Below are positions 62,001 to 64,000 of a DNA stretch of 64,000 nucleotides, one piece after another. Source of the DNA: Rebecca billardiae RCC1528 (Eukaryota; Protista; Haptophyta); NCBI GenBank assembly GCA_965240325.2, contig OZ251238.1, positions 1 through 64,000 on the forward strand. Direction: 5' to 3'. Each line of letters begins with the position of its first letter. Within the stretch, counting starts at the first letter, position 1. The notes beneath the pieces were generated by a model. It did not search any database and had not been told where the DNA came from. It was given only the letters and a program-made list of their open reading frames with translations. A program made the position numbers and the translations under genes.

Positions 62001-64000
62001 CCATCGCCGGCACCGGCAGCCTCGCCGCTGCCACCGCCGTCCCCGCCGCCATCGCCGCCGCCGAGCCCGCCGCCATCACCACCGCCTTCGCCGCCGCCCT
62101 CTCCGCTGCCCAGCCCGCCTCCGTCGCCACCGCCGTCGCCGCCACCGGCAGCCTCGCCGCTGCCACCACCGTCGCCGCCGCCATCGCCGCCGCCGAGCCC
62201 GCCGCCATCACCACCGCCTTCGCCGCCGCCCTCGCCGCCGCCCTCGCCGCCGCCGAGCCCGCCTCCGTCGCCACCGCCGTCGCCGCCACCGGCGGCCTCG
62301 CCGCTGCCACCACCGTCGCCGCCGCCATCGCCGCCGCCGAGCCCGCCGCCATCACCACCGCCTTCGCCGCCGCCCTCCCCGCCGCCCTCGCCGCCGCCGA
62401 GCCCGCCTCCGTCGCCACCGCCATCGCCGCCACCGGCAGCCTCGCCGCTGCCACCGCCGTCCCCGCCGCCGTCGCCGCCGCCGAGCCCGCCGCCATCACC
62501 ACCGCCTTCGCCTCCTCCGAGCCCACCGCCGCCAGTCCCACCGCCCTCGCCGCCCCCTAGCCCTCCGCCCAGCCCGCCGCCGTCGCCACCGCCGGCACCG
62601 CCACCGCCACCGAGGGCGCAGCCCTTCCCACCGCCGAGCCCACCTGCGCCGCCGCCCAGCCCTCCGCCGAGCCCGCCGCCGCAGCCGCCGCCGAGCCCGC
62701 CCCCGGCGTCACCTCCGCTGCCACCGCCCTCGCCACCGCCGAGCCCACCGCCGCCGGCGCCGCCGCCGTCCCCTCCTCCACAGCCGCCGCCGAGCCCGCC
62801 ACCGACGCAGCCGCCGTCCCCGCCACCCTCGCCGCCACCTTCGCCGCCGCCCAGCCCGCCTCCGACGCCACCGCCATCGCCACCACCGTCGCCGCCACCG
62901 GCAGCCTCGCCGCTGCCACCACCGTCTCCGCCGCCGTCGCCGCCGCCGAGCCCGCCGCCATCACCACCGCCCTCGCCGCCGCCCTCCCCGCCGCCCTCGC
63001 CGCCGCCGAGCCCGCCTCCGTCGCCACCGCCGTCGCCGCCACCGGCAGCCTCGCCGCTGCCACCACCGTCGCCGCCGCCATCGCCGCCGCCGAGCCCGCC
63101 GCCATCACCACCGCCTTCGCCGCCGCCCTCCCCGCCGCCCTCGCCGCCGCCGAGCCCGCCTCCGTCGCCACCGCCATCGCCGCCACCGGCAGCCTCGCCG
63201 CTGCCACCGCCGTCCCCGCCGCCGTCGCCGCCGCCGAGCCCGCCGCCATCACCACCGCCTTCGCCGCCGCCCTCCCCGCCGCCCTCGCCGCCGCCGAGCC
63301 CGCCTCCGTCGCCACCACCATCGCCGCCACCGGCAGCCTCGCCGCTTCCACCACCGTCGCCGCCGCCATCGCCGCCGCCGAGCCCGCCTCCGTCGCCACC
63401 GCCATCGCCGCCACCGGCAGCCTCGCCGCTGCCACCACCGTCCCCGCCGCCATCGCCGCCGCCGAGCCAGCCGCCATCACCACCGCCTTCGCCGCCGCCC
63501 TCTCCGCCGCCGAGCCCGCCTCCGTCGCCACCGCCGTCGCCGCCACCGGCAGCCTCGCCGCTGCCACCGCCGTCCCCGCCACCATCGCCGCCGCCAAGCC
63601 CGCCGCCATCACCACCGCCCTCGCCGCCGCCCTCTCGGCCGCCCTCTCCGCCGCCGAGCCCGCCTCCGTCGCCACCGCCATCGCCGCCACCGGCAGCCTC
63701 GCCGCTTCCACCACCGTCCCCGCCGCCGTCGCCGCCGCCGAGCCCGCCGCCATCACCACCGCCTTCGCCTCCTCCGAGCCCACCGCCGCCAGTCCCACCG
63801 CCCTCGCCGCCCCCTAGCCCTCCGCCCAGCCCGCCGCCGTCGCCACCGCCGGCACCGCCACCGCCACCGAGGGCGCAGCCCTTCCCACCGCCGAGCCCAC
63901 CTGCGCCGCCGCCCAGCCCTCCGCCGAGCCCGCCGCCGCAGCCGCCGCCGAGCCCGCCCCCGGCGTTACCTCCGCTGCCACCGCCCTCGCCACCGCCGAG
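38032..64000 (+). CDS. Giant extensin/HRGP-like Ser-Pro glycoprotein with lectin-like, cohesin, Ig-like and dockerin-like domains (3'-incomplete)
   Basis: The frame from ATG 38032 (MELTLDEQ...) is stop-free through the Cys modules, the (SPPP)n tracts and a ~1,390-aa globular block. Two single-C insertions near 56356 and 56640 shift the frame, probably through sequencing error. No stop is reached before the window end, which explains its absence from the ORF track. Confidence 0.88.
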   Translation, partial: MELTLDEQRASRGAARRRGAADPRDGGNAAARALDAAAHPGEAWPRLIAPAAAPRSDAAACRRPHPTRHGGAADAARVGSPAQPERDKAASARAARPRSRPAPSARGSARWLPSALAAAALLLGCAPRAAAQSTATCTELRTLYGLSDSWQLSAAAGFERVCGESRHPWGTGFSSYEAITNWDICPASVWFVWQDANTACTDIGARLCTQAEVEADVAANGDGQCGTYDGTPWDQHRFWTSTQCGKNADNRRRVPGASAYAAEGAQCKNGVSGINNAGIKCCADEPAPPPSPPAPPPSPPSPPPSPPPSPAPPPSPPPSPAPPPSPPPSPPPSPPPSPPPSPPPSPPPQPPVPPPPVPPPSPPPGAPPGAPPSPPPSPPPSPPPSPPPSPPPPSPPPSPPPSPPPSPPPSPPSPPPSPPQATTSCATLQSLYGGWPLASDPGFALVCGESNNGLDGSGGSQCSGLRDHNSAIEFCQRVNARLCTYQELQADVAANTGCDLENARVWTNQACSNPAAPDVDNFWSVGGSNASTLPLRCRTWDKTYSVRCCADVLESPPPPLPPPSPPPTPPPSPPPSPPPPLPPPSPPPSPPPSPPPSPPPSPPPSPPPSPPPSPPPGSPPHPPPSPPPSPPPGSPPHPPPSPPPGQPPSPPPSPPPSPPPSPPPSPPPSPSPQPPPSPPPSPPPSPPPSPPPGQPPSPPPSPPPSPPPSPPPSPPPSPPPSPPPSPPPSPPPSPPPSPSPQPPPSPPPASPPSPPPSPPPSPPPPSPPPSPPPSPPPRPPPSPPPSPPPSPPPSPPPPAVEPSPPPSPPPQAPPSPPPSPPPSPPPGAPPGPPPSPPPTPPPPAPPPSPPPSPPPSPPPSPPPSPFPSPPPSPPPPGAPPTPPPSPPPAQPPRPPPSPPPSPPPSPPPSPPPSPPPSPPPSPPPTAAPSPPPSPPPSPPPSPPPSPPPPDPPPSPPPSPPPSPPPWQPPSPPPSPPPSPPPSPPPAASPLPPPSPPPRPPPSPPPSPPPSPPPSPPPSPPPSPPPSPPPAASPLPPPSPPPSSPPSPPPSPPPSPPPSPPPSPPPSPPPSPPPSPPPAASPLPPPSPPPSPPPSPPPSPPPSPPPSPPPPVPPLSPPPSPPPSPPPSPPPAPPPPPRAQPFPPPSPPAPPPSPPPSPPPVPPPSPPPASPPRPPPSPPPSPPPPVPPPSPPPQPPPSPPPTQPPSPPPSPPPSPPPSPPPSPPPSPPPSPPPAASPLPPPSPPPSLPPSPPPSPPPSPPPSPPPSPPPSPPPSPPPAASPLPPPFPPPSPPPSPPPSPPPSPPPSPPPPVPPPSPPPSPPPSPPPSPPPAPPPPPRAQPFPPPSPPAPPPSPPPSPPPVPPPSPPPASPPRPPPSPPPSPPPPVPPPSPPPQPPPSPPPTQPPSPPPSPPPSPPPSPPPSPPPSPPPSPPPAASPLPPPSPPPSPPPSPPPSPPPSPPPSPPPSPPPSPPPSPPPSPPPSPPPAASPLPPPSPPPSPPPSPPPSPPPSLPPSPPPSPPPSPPPSPPPSPPPSPPPSPPPSPPPSPPPAASPLPPPSPPPSPPPSPPPSPPFSPPPSPPPSPPPSPPPSPPPSPPPSPPPAASPLPPPSPPPSLPPSPPPSPPPSPPPSPPPSPPPSPPPSPPPAASPLPPPFPPPSPPPSPPPSPPPSPPPSPPPPVPPPSPPPSPPPSPPPSPPPAPPPPPRAQPFPPPSPPAPPPSPPPSPPPQPPPSPPPASPPLPPPSPPPSPPPPVPPPSPPPQPPPSPPPTQPPSPPPSPPPSPPPSPPPSPPPSPPTSPPPAASPLPPPSPPPSPPPSPPPSPPPSPPPSPPPSPPPSPPPSPPPSPPPSPPPAASPLPPPSPPPSPPPSPPPSPPPSPPPSPPPPVPPPSPPPSPPPSPPPSPPPAPPPPPRAQPFPPPSPPAPPPSPPPSPPPQPPPSPPPASPPLPPPSPPPSPPPPVPPPSPPPQPPPSPPPTQPPSPPPSPPPSPPPSPPPSPPPSPPPAASPLPPPSPPPSPPPSPPPSPPPSPPPSPPPSPPPSPPPSPPPSPPPSPPPAASPLPPPSPPPSPPPSPPPSPPPSPPPSPPPPVPPPSPPPSPPPSPPPSPPPAPPPPPRAQPFPPPSPPAPPPSPPPSPPPQPPPSPPPASPPRPPPSPPPSPPPPVPPPSPPPQPPPSPPPTQPPSPPPSPPPSPPPSPPPSPPPSPPPSPPPAASPLPPPSPPPSPPPSPPPSPPPSPPPSPPPSPPPSPPPSPPPAASPLPPPSPPPSPPPSPPPSLPPSPPPSPPPSPPPSPPPSQPPAASPLPPPSPPPSPPPSPSPLPPPSPPPSPPPSPPPSPPPSPLPSPPPSPPPSPPPAASPLPPPSPPPSPPPSPPPSPPPSPPPSPVPSPPPSPPPSPPPSPPPSPPPSPPPSPPPSPPPSPPPASPLPPPSPPPSSPPSQPPSPPPLPPPSPPPSLPPSPPPHPPPSPPPSPPPSPPPSPPPSPPPASPLPPPSPPPSPPPSPSPLPPPSPPPSPPPSPPPSPPPSPLPSPPPSPPPSPPPAASPLPPPSSPPSPPPSPPPSPPPSPPPSPVPSPPPSPPPSPPPSPPPSPPPSPPPSPPPSPPPSPPPASPLPPPSPPPSSPPSQPPSPPPLPPPSPPPSLPPSPPPHPPPSPPPSPPPSPPPSPPPAPPPSPPPSPPPLPPPSPPPSPPPSPPPSPLPSPPPSPPPTLPPSPPPSPPPSPPPSPPPLPPPPRPPPSPPPSPPPSPPPSPPPSQPPQPPPSPPPSPPPSSPPAPPPPRPPPSPPPSLPPSPPPSPPPSAPPAPPPSPPPSPPPAPQPPSPPPSPPPSPPPSPPPSPLPPLPPPSPPSPPPPRTLPFPPPSPPSPPLPPFAFGADALVSDAQITLYTTSSSPGAAVHGTVSSAGNRHNLTVGFLAGASAGASGTVRAASHGIDLGVASSYSVTAEQAASVECAVRTPTAYADRTGVRVAYQLRDAAHRSSVLTTGLSVSLTLSLVGGSDQSFSCGSPGATTGVGECSATVSAGWFSTAAAGSVDVLVEFNYGGGTVGSCSRAGAVTLAESPTAYTLPSVGLLGQMAQSPVFAGDSFELVMYAHTGGVALITWQINIAYDSSVLSVASTSVASTYNSPEVSDNAAGLVSIIATGLTGGTTNAQVTGTAVELITLTMSVAGGASAGSYAGAISVEIEQYVNDATQVYVSEQAGVVADADDGASASGTLVVETVAVQGWLAYVASGELVNTAPLSGTDVTTALSVLELYSRAATSSATQSSGYSCLALDSSVLSTSAGSPCTVVASSSSTSGAATALVNVTRDSSGAVVASVPLRVWHPLSAEIRFGHGTLFAIKGASQPGQCGTQAFQSTTASLVASFGGSDLSTVSDVDVTREATLASGDAGVASISTSSTTGVATVAGVGVGSAAISASGSSPSISSTIVVSADVERRIASLRPVAFNSIAFVDSPSTLSVGATSGFDASAALGQTLTAEGQTVSVYTYAYLGDGSYELVPSTEVTLTSRTSSLTVAAPGDASSPWTATVATFATSQEGLLLDASWIDSCSAVLATGRARVDLELPNAVSVAVSASADEVTVPGDPAAEPPTSLPTSLTVTITVTFEDESQVDFTTDPRTNITLSVPSSCATFDGVNQVTMTSGATCTALNVTVFVDSYLLSGFVEVPVVTAAGASFEITLEDDTLGLIGASATFQRTATTPSATLSDGTVVSPTLLAAEMVLASNDTLVATTSGSTVIGVGAGVALINATWGTLTASATVYVDATAVKVTALTLGLGGLTSGASLLASNGTSSTLSALVTLEDGVQYTNLMSLGYVSVSEVLSFESDDAAVLGVDPNGGVTIAGNSRDSANTITATSLDAGAVADALDVTANLQPGTHDVDLGSASGLQLQQSGNSLTVPVRVNTGGSSEYLVNFQIELAIDSAVLVATSCSTLSWAECTINDPLNEVRFVGNTASQITSGTAASIGSVTFDVLSSASTSLTGSIVELVTVQGATETRVQNADIFAGAGGLTTTVSRRRALALAAEYVPPLFVPTEPSRAARARRLAECSGCSAAIVGDVNGDCALTSFDVRVLSQFVIGVSGLTTCTSALDPTLDNSTGAQDVQYQLRAVAGKYRFLTSYSITSGAIGVGTSEPLVASVVVTKDDNTVADDSQTSVFFEIGVAAASHTPVYVNGTDNGTSAEGFWVGRGEYTNGVFSVGVYPSGGWPQALSGSLGVAVMIETTDALGNGADDRKFPFLGSSAQFYADFLYTFSPLLSTAVIGPPLPPPPLPPPSPPPPAPPPSPPPPAPPPTPPPLPPPTPPPSPPPSPPPSPPPLPPVPPPSPPPLPPPSPPPSPPPSPPPAPAPPPSPPPTPPPSPPPRPAPPPSPPPAPPPSPPPSQPPSPPPSPPPSPPPSPPPSQPPSPPPSPPPSPPPAPSPLPPPSPPPRPPPSPPPSPPPSPPPSPPPSPPPSPPPSPPPSPPPSPPPAPRPPPSPPPSPPPSPPPSPPPSPPPSPPPSPPPSPPPAASPLPPPSPPPSPPPSPPPSPPPSPPPSPPPSRPPSPPPSPPPSPPPNPPPSPPPSPPPSPPPSPPPSPPPSPPPAASPLPPPSPPPSPPPSPPPSPPPSPPPSPPPSPPPSPPPSPPPSPPPAASPLPPPSPPPSPPPSPPPSPPPSPPPSPPPSPPPSPPPSPPPSPPPSPPPSPPPSPPPAASPLPPPSPPPSPPPNQPPSPPPSPPPSPPPSPPPSPPPSPPPAASPLPPPSPPPSPPPSQPPSPPPSPPPSPPPSPPPSPPPSPPPAASPLPPPLPPPSPPPSPPPSPPPSPPPAASPLPPPSPPPSPPPSPPPSPPPSPPPSPPPSPPPSPPPSPPPAASPLPPPSPPPSPPPSQPPSPPPSPPPSPPPSPPPSPPPSPPPAASPLPPPSPPPSPPPSPPPSPPPSPPPSPPPSPPPSPPPAASPLPPPSPPPSPPPSPPPSPPPSPPPSPPPSPPPSPPPSPPPAASPLPPPSPPPSPPPSPPPSPPPSPPPSPPPSPPPSPPPSPPPSPPPAASPLPPPSPPPSPPPSPPPSPPPSPPPSPPPSPPPSPPPSPPPSPPPAASPLPPPSPPPSPPPSPPPSPPPSPPPSPPPPVPPPSPPPSPPPSPPPSPPPAPPPPPRAQPFPPPSPPAPPPSPPPSPPPQPPPSPPPVSPPLPPPSPPPSPPPPAPPPSPPPQPPPSPPPTQPPSPPPSPPPSPPPSPPPTPPPSPPPSPPPAASPLPPPSPPPSPPPSPPPSPPPSPPPSPPPSLPPSPPPSPPPSPPPAASPLPPPSPPPSPPPSPPPSPPPSPPPSPPPSPPPSPPPSPPPSPPPAASPLPPPSPPPSPPPSPPPSPPPSPPPAASPLPPPSPPPSPPPSQPPSPPPSPPPSPPPSPPPSPPDSPPPAASPLPPPSPPPSPPPSPPPSPPPSPPPSPPPSPPPSPPPSPPPSPPPAASPLPPPSPPPSPPPSPPPSPPPSPPPSPPPPVPPPSPPPSPPPSPPPSPPPAPPPPPRAQPFPPPSPPAPPPSPPPSPPPQPPPSPPPVSPPLPPPSPPPSPPPPAPPPSPPPQPPPSPPPTQPPSPPPSPPPSPPPSPPPTPPPSPPPSPPPAASPLPPPSPPPSPPPSPPPSPPPSPPPSPPPSPPPSPPPSPPPSPPPAASPLPPPSPPPSPPPSPPPSPPPSSPPSRPPSPPPSPPPSPPPSPPPAASPLPPPSPPPSPPPSPPPSPPPSPPPSPPPSPPPSPPPSPPPSPPPAASPLPPPSPPPSPPPSPPPSPPPSPPPSPPPPVPPPSPPPSPPPSPPPSPPPAPPPPPRAQPFPPPSPPAPPPSPPPSPPPQPPPSPPPALPPLPPPSPPPSPPPPAPPPSPPPQPPPSPPPSPPPSPPPSPPPAASPLPPPSPPPSPPPSPPPSPPPSPPPSPPPSPPPSPPPSPPPSPPPAASPLPPPSPPPSPPPSPPPSPPPSPPPSPPPPVTPPSPPPSPPPSPPPWPPPAPPPPPRAQPFPPPSPPAPPPSPPPSPPPQPPPSPPPVSPPLPPPSPPPSPPPPAPPPSPPPQPPPSPPPTQPPSPPPSPPPSPPPSPPPTPPPSPPPSPPPAASPLPPPSPPPSPPPSPPPSPPPSPPPSPAALAAAEPASVATAIAATGSLAASTTVAAAIAAAEPAAITTALVAALSAALAAAEPASVATAIAATGSLTAATAVPAAVAAAEPAAITTAFAAAPPRRPRRRRARLRRHRRRRHRQPRRCHRRPRRRRRRRARRHHHRLRLLRAHRRQSHRPRRPLALRPARRRHHRRHRHRHRGRSPSHRRAHLRRRPALRRARRRSRRRARPRRYLRCHRPRHRRAHRRRRRRRPLLHSRRRARLRRRRHRHHRRRHRQPRRCHHRLRRRRRRRARRHHHRLRRRPPRRPRRRRARLRRHRRRRHRQSRRCHRRRRRHRRRRARRHHHRLRRRPPRRPRRRRARLRRHRRRRHRQPRRCHRRHRRRRARRHHHRLRRRPLRRRARLRRHRRRRHRQPRRCHHRRRRHRRRRARRHHHRLRRRPPRRPRRRRARLRLHRHRRHRQPRRCHHRRRRHRRRRARRHHHRLRRRPPRRPRRRRARLRRHRRRRHRQPRRFHHRPRRRRRRRARRHHHRLRLLRAHRRQSHRPRRPLALRPARRRRHRRHRHRHRGRSPSHRRAHLRRRPALRRARRRSRRRARPRCHLRCHRPRHRPAHRRRRRRRPLLHSRRRARHRRSRRPRHPRRHLRRRPARLRRHRHRHHRRRHRQPRRCHHRLRRRRRRRARRHHHRLRRRPLRRPRRRRARLRRHRRRRHRQPRRCHRRRRRHRRRRARRHHHRLRRRPPRRPRCRRARLRRHRRRRHRQPRRCHRRRRRHRRRRARRHHHRLRRRPPRRPRRRRARLRRHHHRRHRQPRRFHHRRRRHRRRRARLRRHRHRRHRQPRRCHHRPRRHRRRRASRHHHRLRRRPLRRRARLRRHRRRRHRQPRRCHHRRRRHRRRRARRHHHRLRRRPPRRPRRRRARLRLHRHRRHRQPRRCHHRRRRHRRRRARRHHHRLRRRPPRRPRRRRARLRRHRHRRHRQPRRFHHRPRRRRRRRARRHHHRLRLLRAHRRQSHRPRRPLALRPARRRRHRRHRHRHRGRSPSHRRAHLRRRPALRRARRRSRRRARPRCHLRCHRPRHRPAHRRRRRRRPLLHSRRRARHRRSRRPRHPRRHLRRRPARLRRHRHRHHRRRHRQPRRCHHRLRRRRRRRARRHHHRLRRRPLRRPRRRRARLHRHRRRRHRQPRRCHRRRRRHRRRRASRHHHRLRRRPLRRPRRRRARLRRHRHRRHRQPRRCHRRPRRRRRRRARRHHHRLRLLRAHRRQSHRPRRPLALRPARRRRHRRHRHRHRGRSPSHRRAHLRRRPALRRARRRSRRRARPRRHLRCHRPRHRRAHRRRRRRRPLLHSRRRARHRRSRRPRHRRRHLRRRPARLRRHRHRHHRRRHRQPRRCHHRLRRRRRRRARRHHHRLPRRPLRRPRRRRARLRRHRHRRHRQPRRCHRRPRRRRRRRARRHHHRLRLLRAHRRQSHRPRRPLALRPARRRRHRRHRHRHRGRSPSHRRAHLRRRPALRRARRRSRRRARPRRYLRCHRPRHRRAHRRRRRRRPLLHSRRRARLRRRRHRHHRRRHRQPRRCHHRLPRHRRRRARRHHQRPRRRPRRRPCRRRARLRRHRRRRHRQPRRCHRRPRHHRRRQARRHHHRPRRRPLGRPLRRRARLRRHRHRRHRQPRRFHHRPRRRRRRRARRHHHRLRLLRAHRRQSHRPRRPLALRPARRRRHRRHRHRHRGRSPSHRRAHLRRRPALRRARRRSRRRARPRRHLRCHRPRHRPAHRRRRRRRPLLHSRRRARHRRSRRPRHPRRHLRRRPARLRRHRHRHHRRRHRQPRRCHHRLRRRRRRRARRHHHRLPRRPLRRPRRRRARLRRHRRRRHRQPRRCHRRRRRHRRRRASRHHHRLRRRPLRRPRRRRARLRRNRHRRHRQPRRCHRRPRRHRRRRARRHHHRLRRRPLRCPARLRRHRRRRHRQPRRCHHRRRRHRRRRARRHHHRLRRRPRRRPRRRRARLRRHRRRRHRRPRRCHHRRRRHRRRRARRHHHRLRRRPPRRPRRRRARLRRHRHRRHRQPRRCHRRPRRRRRRRARRHHHRLRLLRAHRRQSHRPRRPLALRPARRRRHRRHRHRHRGRSPSHRRAHLRRRPALRRARRRSRRRARPRRHLRCHRPRHRRAHRRRRRRRPLLHSRRRARHRRSRRPRHPRRHLRRRPARLRRHRHRHHRRRHRQPRRCHHRLRRRRRRRARRHHHRPRRRPPRRPRRRRARLRRHRRRRHRQPRRCHHRRRRHRRRRARRHHHRLRRRPPRRPRRRRARLRRHRHRRHRQPRRCHRRPRRRRRRRARRHHHRLRRRPPRRPRRRRARLRRHHHRRHRQPRRFHHRRRRHRRRRARLRRHRHRRHRQPRRCHHRPRRHRRRRASRHHHRLRRRPLRRRARLRRHRRRRHRQPRRCHRRPRHHRRRQARRHHHRPRRRPLGRPLRRRARLRRHRHRRHRQPRRFHHRPRRRRRRRARRHHHRLRLLRAHRRQSHRPRRPLALRPARRRRHRRHRHRHRGRSPSHRRAHLRRRPALRRARRRSRRRARPRRYLRCHRPRHRR
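38425..38883 (+). other. Cys-rich C-type-lectin-fold-like module 1 of the giant protein
   Basis: TCTEL..W...VCGES...ANTACTDIGARLCTQAEV...FWTSTQC...IKCCAD. Confidence 0.6.
39289..39684 (+). other. Cys-rich C-type-lectin-fold-like module 2 of the giant protein
   Basis: SCATL..W...VCGES...AIEFCQRVNARLCTYQEL...GCDLENARVWT...VRCCAD, a clear paralogue of module 1. Confidence 0.6.
39690..46625 (+). repeat. Coding Ser-Pro repeat tract (~2,300 codons)
   Basis: Near-continuous CCG/CCA/CCC plus TCG/AGC codons reading SPPP, with PPPAASPL and PPRAQPFPP sub-units. Confidence 0.95.
46630..50810 (+). other. Central globular block: TMEM132-like cohesin + Ig (Big_2-like) domains, second cohesin, dockerin-like domain
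   Basis: Beta-strand-rich sequence. Motifs PVFAGDSFELVMY..WQINIAYDSSVL, ELVNTAPLSG, LRVWHP..LFAIKG, LASNDTLVAT..GVGAG, GNSLTVPVRVN..FQIELAIDSAVL and GDVNGDCALTSFD. Confidence 0.72.
50815..64000 (+). repeat. Coding Ser-Pro repeat tract (>4,300 codons, continues beyond the window)
   Basis: Same SPPP / PPPAASPL / PPRAQPFPP units as the 39690-46625 tract. Confidence 0.95.

Overview
Left end of a chromosome from a very GC-rich, gene-dense eukaryote. The TTAGGG telomere, short (GC)n-rich spliceosomal introns, a GC-AG intron and the gene content suggest a haptophyte alga, possibly Pavlovales; this is inference. Layout: a (CCCTAA)n telomere (1-1630), then ~12 kb of a 194/195-bp subtelomeric satellite with a 9-mer higher-order repeat, then ten protein-coding genes. 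The genes are an EamA/DMT transporter, an S1 sulfatase, a TIKI/EreA/ChaN-like protein, a saccharopine-dehydrogenase-like oxidoreductase, a Dispatched/Patched-type RND protein, a Qa-syntaxin, a GRK-like AGC kinase, a ShK-domain prolyl 4-hydroxylase, a GT77-type glycosyltransferase, and a giant Ser-Pro (extensin/HRGP-like) gene. The giant gene starts at 38032, exceeds 8,600 codons, runs off the window end, and is missing from the supplied ORF track. Its protein has two Cys-rich lectin-like modules, micron-scale (SPPP)n rods, and a central block with a TMEM132-like cohesin+Ig region, a second cohesin, an RxRR site and a dockerin-like double Ca-binding loop. The best candidate new system is a clustered P4H + GT77 + HRGP substrate locus whose product may assemble through cellulosome-like cohesin-dockerin pairing instead of tyrosine cross-links. 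All domain calls are from motif recognition by eye, without database searches.
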